A DNA stretch of 63,833 bases, the filler included, from Hyphochytrium catenoides (Eukaryota; Protista; Hyphochytriomycota), in assembly GCA_900088475.1 (NCBI GenBank). It is 15 parts of 15 records of this genome, joined end to end, with 100 filler letters (N's around TTAATTAATTAA, not from the genome) between each part and the next. Parts side by side here need not be neighbours in the genome. Positions count along the whole stretch, not along the records: positions 61,046 to 63,833 come from FLMG01003329.1; 14 more parts are not named here. The stretch is one strand, 5' to 3'. Positions within the stretch are counted from its first letter, which is position 1; every line of letters starts with the position of its first letter. Under the pieces are notes generated by a model. That model searched no databases and was not told the DNA's origin. It saw only the letters and a program-made list of their open reading frames with translations. Shown here piece after piece: positions 61,971 through 63,833 of this stretch. The position numbers were made by a program, and so were the translations under genes.

Positions 61971-63833
61971 TCATCCTTCTTCTTCTAGGTGAAAGTGCTT
62001 AGCCTGACGCCAAAGGAAGTCAGAATTTGGTTTATAGATGCGGTGCTTGAACCTCAATTGCAATCTCCTGATGATAGGTCCTATCACCACCTCGTGGTAA
62101 AGATAAGCTTCATCCGAATCCAGTAGGTCGCGGAATAATGGTCTACTGCGATGATCGCGCCAAAGAATCCTTAACCGTTCTTTATCTCGGTTCTGCAAGG
62201 CTTGACTATAAAAATTCTGAAACCACATGAAGTTCGCTCTCGGATGGCGCATGAAGAGCTCAAGCAGGCGAGAATTGTACACTCCTTCGAAGTATGTGTA
62301 CAGACCAGTTGCAAAATGAGGATAGTCCAACAGTACTTCGATCATTTCTTCTGGGCGATCACCAGCTAGAGCTTGAAAAAGTTCAGCGTAGAAATTTTTA
62401 CCATGAAAACGGATATCCCTGACGGTTCCCCCAGGAGCGCCGAAGCTCAGCGGATCATAGAACTGACTCACGCACACAGTATGGGTCTTAGGACTACTGA
62501 GCAGGCGCTCTACAAAGCTGACGTCGTGTTGGCGTATCGCCAGGTCAATGGTCCCGGTGGTCAGGGCCACATCTGGATGAGAGAGGAGGACTTCAGCTAC
62601 GTCGATGTAACAGTGAAGGAGAGCGTCCTCTAGCAATGTATAGGCAAAGGTACTATAATCGTAATTGCCCTCATCATCTGAAAGCGTTTGTCCACCGTCG
62701 TCATTGCCATCATTATCTTCCCAGATCTTAGTGTATACACTAAGAAAGTCTCTACCCCGGGACGTGAGTACGAATGGAAGATCATAAAGCCGGTTACCGT
62801 ACGAATCCTTGGCTTTCAGGTTGATGTTAGGACGATGAAGCAAGAGCCTGACCATCTCTGGATCACCTTTCAGCACTGCTAGGCCAAGAACTTGCTCTGG
62901 AGAGGTCTGAGGGGTATCATTATGATACGTAGGTATCTGCCGGCACTTTGCGTCTTTCTTCCGAACTAATAACTGAGCCGTCTCTAATCGCCCGAACCGT
63001 ACTATGTTCGACCAAACACTACCAACTTTGGAGTCCCAATTCGTTAAGAGTGGAATGCCCTTAGCGCGTGAAAGATGTTGCACAGCATTTGGATGGTCAC
63101 CACTCCGGATTATTTCCATCAAGGTCATCACCTCGGAGGGTAATGAAGAGTCATCGTCGCCATCGATGTCGTGGTAGTCCATGAACTCCTTGATGTGTTC
63201 TGGTAATACCATAGCATGAGCTAGAAATAGAGCGCAAACATCCCTCCGGCCTATGCTCATAGCCATATTGAAGGCAGCAAAAAAAGGCTCCGCAAATGTA
63301 TAAAAGGGAAGGAGGGCTTCTACGGTAGCAATTTCAGACATAAATACCGCGATTTCAAGCAGATCATCCTCCGGATCCCATCCATAATCCGCATAAAGTG
63401 GCGGTCGCTCATGCCGGTTCAGATCACTCTCCAGAAACAGCTTCAGGATCTCAGTACGGCTATTGACAACGGCAAGACGTATCGCACTGAACTTCCCATG
63501 GGTACAACTTCTGTTCCAGAATCGTGGGTTTACCCGAGAGTCCCCCATCAGAAGGCGGACGACCTCGAAATGTCCATGACGAGTGCCCCATCGTAGAGCA
63601 GTGTCAAAATCAGCAGATGGATCCACACGAGGATCAGTCATCAACAGTCGCACAACTTCCGTATGACCGTTGTTAGCAGCCCACTTGATCGCCGCGTTTG
63701 ATCGAGCACCTGGGTCCACTCTCTTGTCTGCTAAGAGAATCTTTACGGCATCAAGACACCCCCACCGGGAAACAAGCTCAATAGCCCTGTTACCCTGAGC
63801 CGCCGTATCGGTCTCTGGATATCTGAGCCTTCG
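61971..63833 (-). CDS. Intronless ankyrin-repeat protein (DPRVDPSA type), 5' end beyond the window
   Basis: The frame is open from the window end (..AIELVSRWGCLDAVKILLADKRVDPGARSNAAIKWAANNGHTEVVRLLMTDPRVDPSADFDTALRWG..) to the stop at 61971. Confidence 0.85.
   Translation of the reverse strand, partial: RRLRYPETDTAAQGNRAIELVSRWGCLDAVKILLADKRVDPGARSNAAIKWAANNGHTEVVRLLMTDPRVDPSADFDTALRWGTRHGHFEVVRLLMGDSRVNPRFWNRSCTHGKFSAIRLAVVNSRTEILKLFLESDLNRHERPPLYADYGWDPEDDLLEIAVFMSEIATVEALLPFYTFAEPFFAAFNMAMSIGRRDVCALFLAHAMVLPEHIKEFMDYHDIDGDDDSSLPSEVMTLMEIIRSGDHPNAVQHLSRAKGIPLLTNWDSKVGSVWSNIVRFGRLETAQLLVRKKDAKCRQIPTYHNDTPQTSPEQVLGLAVLKGDPEMVRLLLHRPNINLKAKDSYGNRLYDLPFVLTSRGRDFLSVYTKIWEDNDGNDDGGQTLSDDEGNYDYSTFAYTLLEDALLHCYIDVAEVLLSHPDVALTTGTIDLAIRQHDVSFVERLLSSPKTHTVCVSQFYDPLSFGAPGGTVRDIRFHGKNFYAELFQALAGDRPEEMIEVLLDYPHFATGLYTYFEGVYNSRLLELFMRHPRANFMWFQNFYSQALQNRDKERLRILWRDHRSRPLFRDLLDSDEAYLYHEVVIGPIIRRLQLRFKHRIYKPNSDFLWRQAKHFHLEEEG

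Overview
Eukaryotic genomic scaffold from a protist-like, probably stramenopile-like organism, extremely rich in (GA/CT)n microsatellites. It consists of about 15 contigs joined by artificial 100-nt N44-TTAATTAATTAA-N44 linkers. Most short ORFs in the ORF track are microsatellite noise. Spliced genes reconstructed by hand: a heme peroxidase, a Ser/Thr kinase (5' part), an AMBRA1-like WD40 protein, a Gfo/Idh/MocA oxidoreductase, a MINDY3-like deubiquitinase, an FKBP and an apparently intact CACTA transposase. Intronless genes: two ankyrin-repeat proteins, a GH6 cellulase, a secreted putative glycoside hydrolase and a secreted repeat protein. The main finding is a minus-strand gene at 9385-13681 that the ORF track splits into five pieces. 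Canonical GT-AG splicing joins a membrane-anchored class 3 lipase and a hevein (CBM18) chitin-binding domain in frame to a complete Hint (hedgehog/intein) autoprocessing domain. The Hint domain has Cys1, TxxH and an intein-like terminal Asn, followed by a hydrophobic tail. The lipase exon carries one frameshift. The second finding is that several repeat-derived intergenic tracts show a CpA->TpA hypermutation signature with CpG preserved, resembling fungal RIP in an organism that does not look like an ascomycete.
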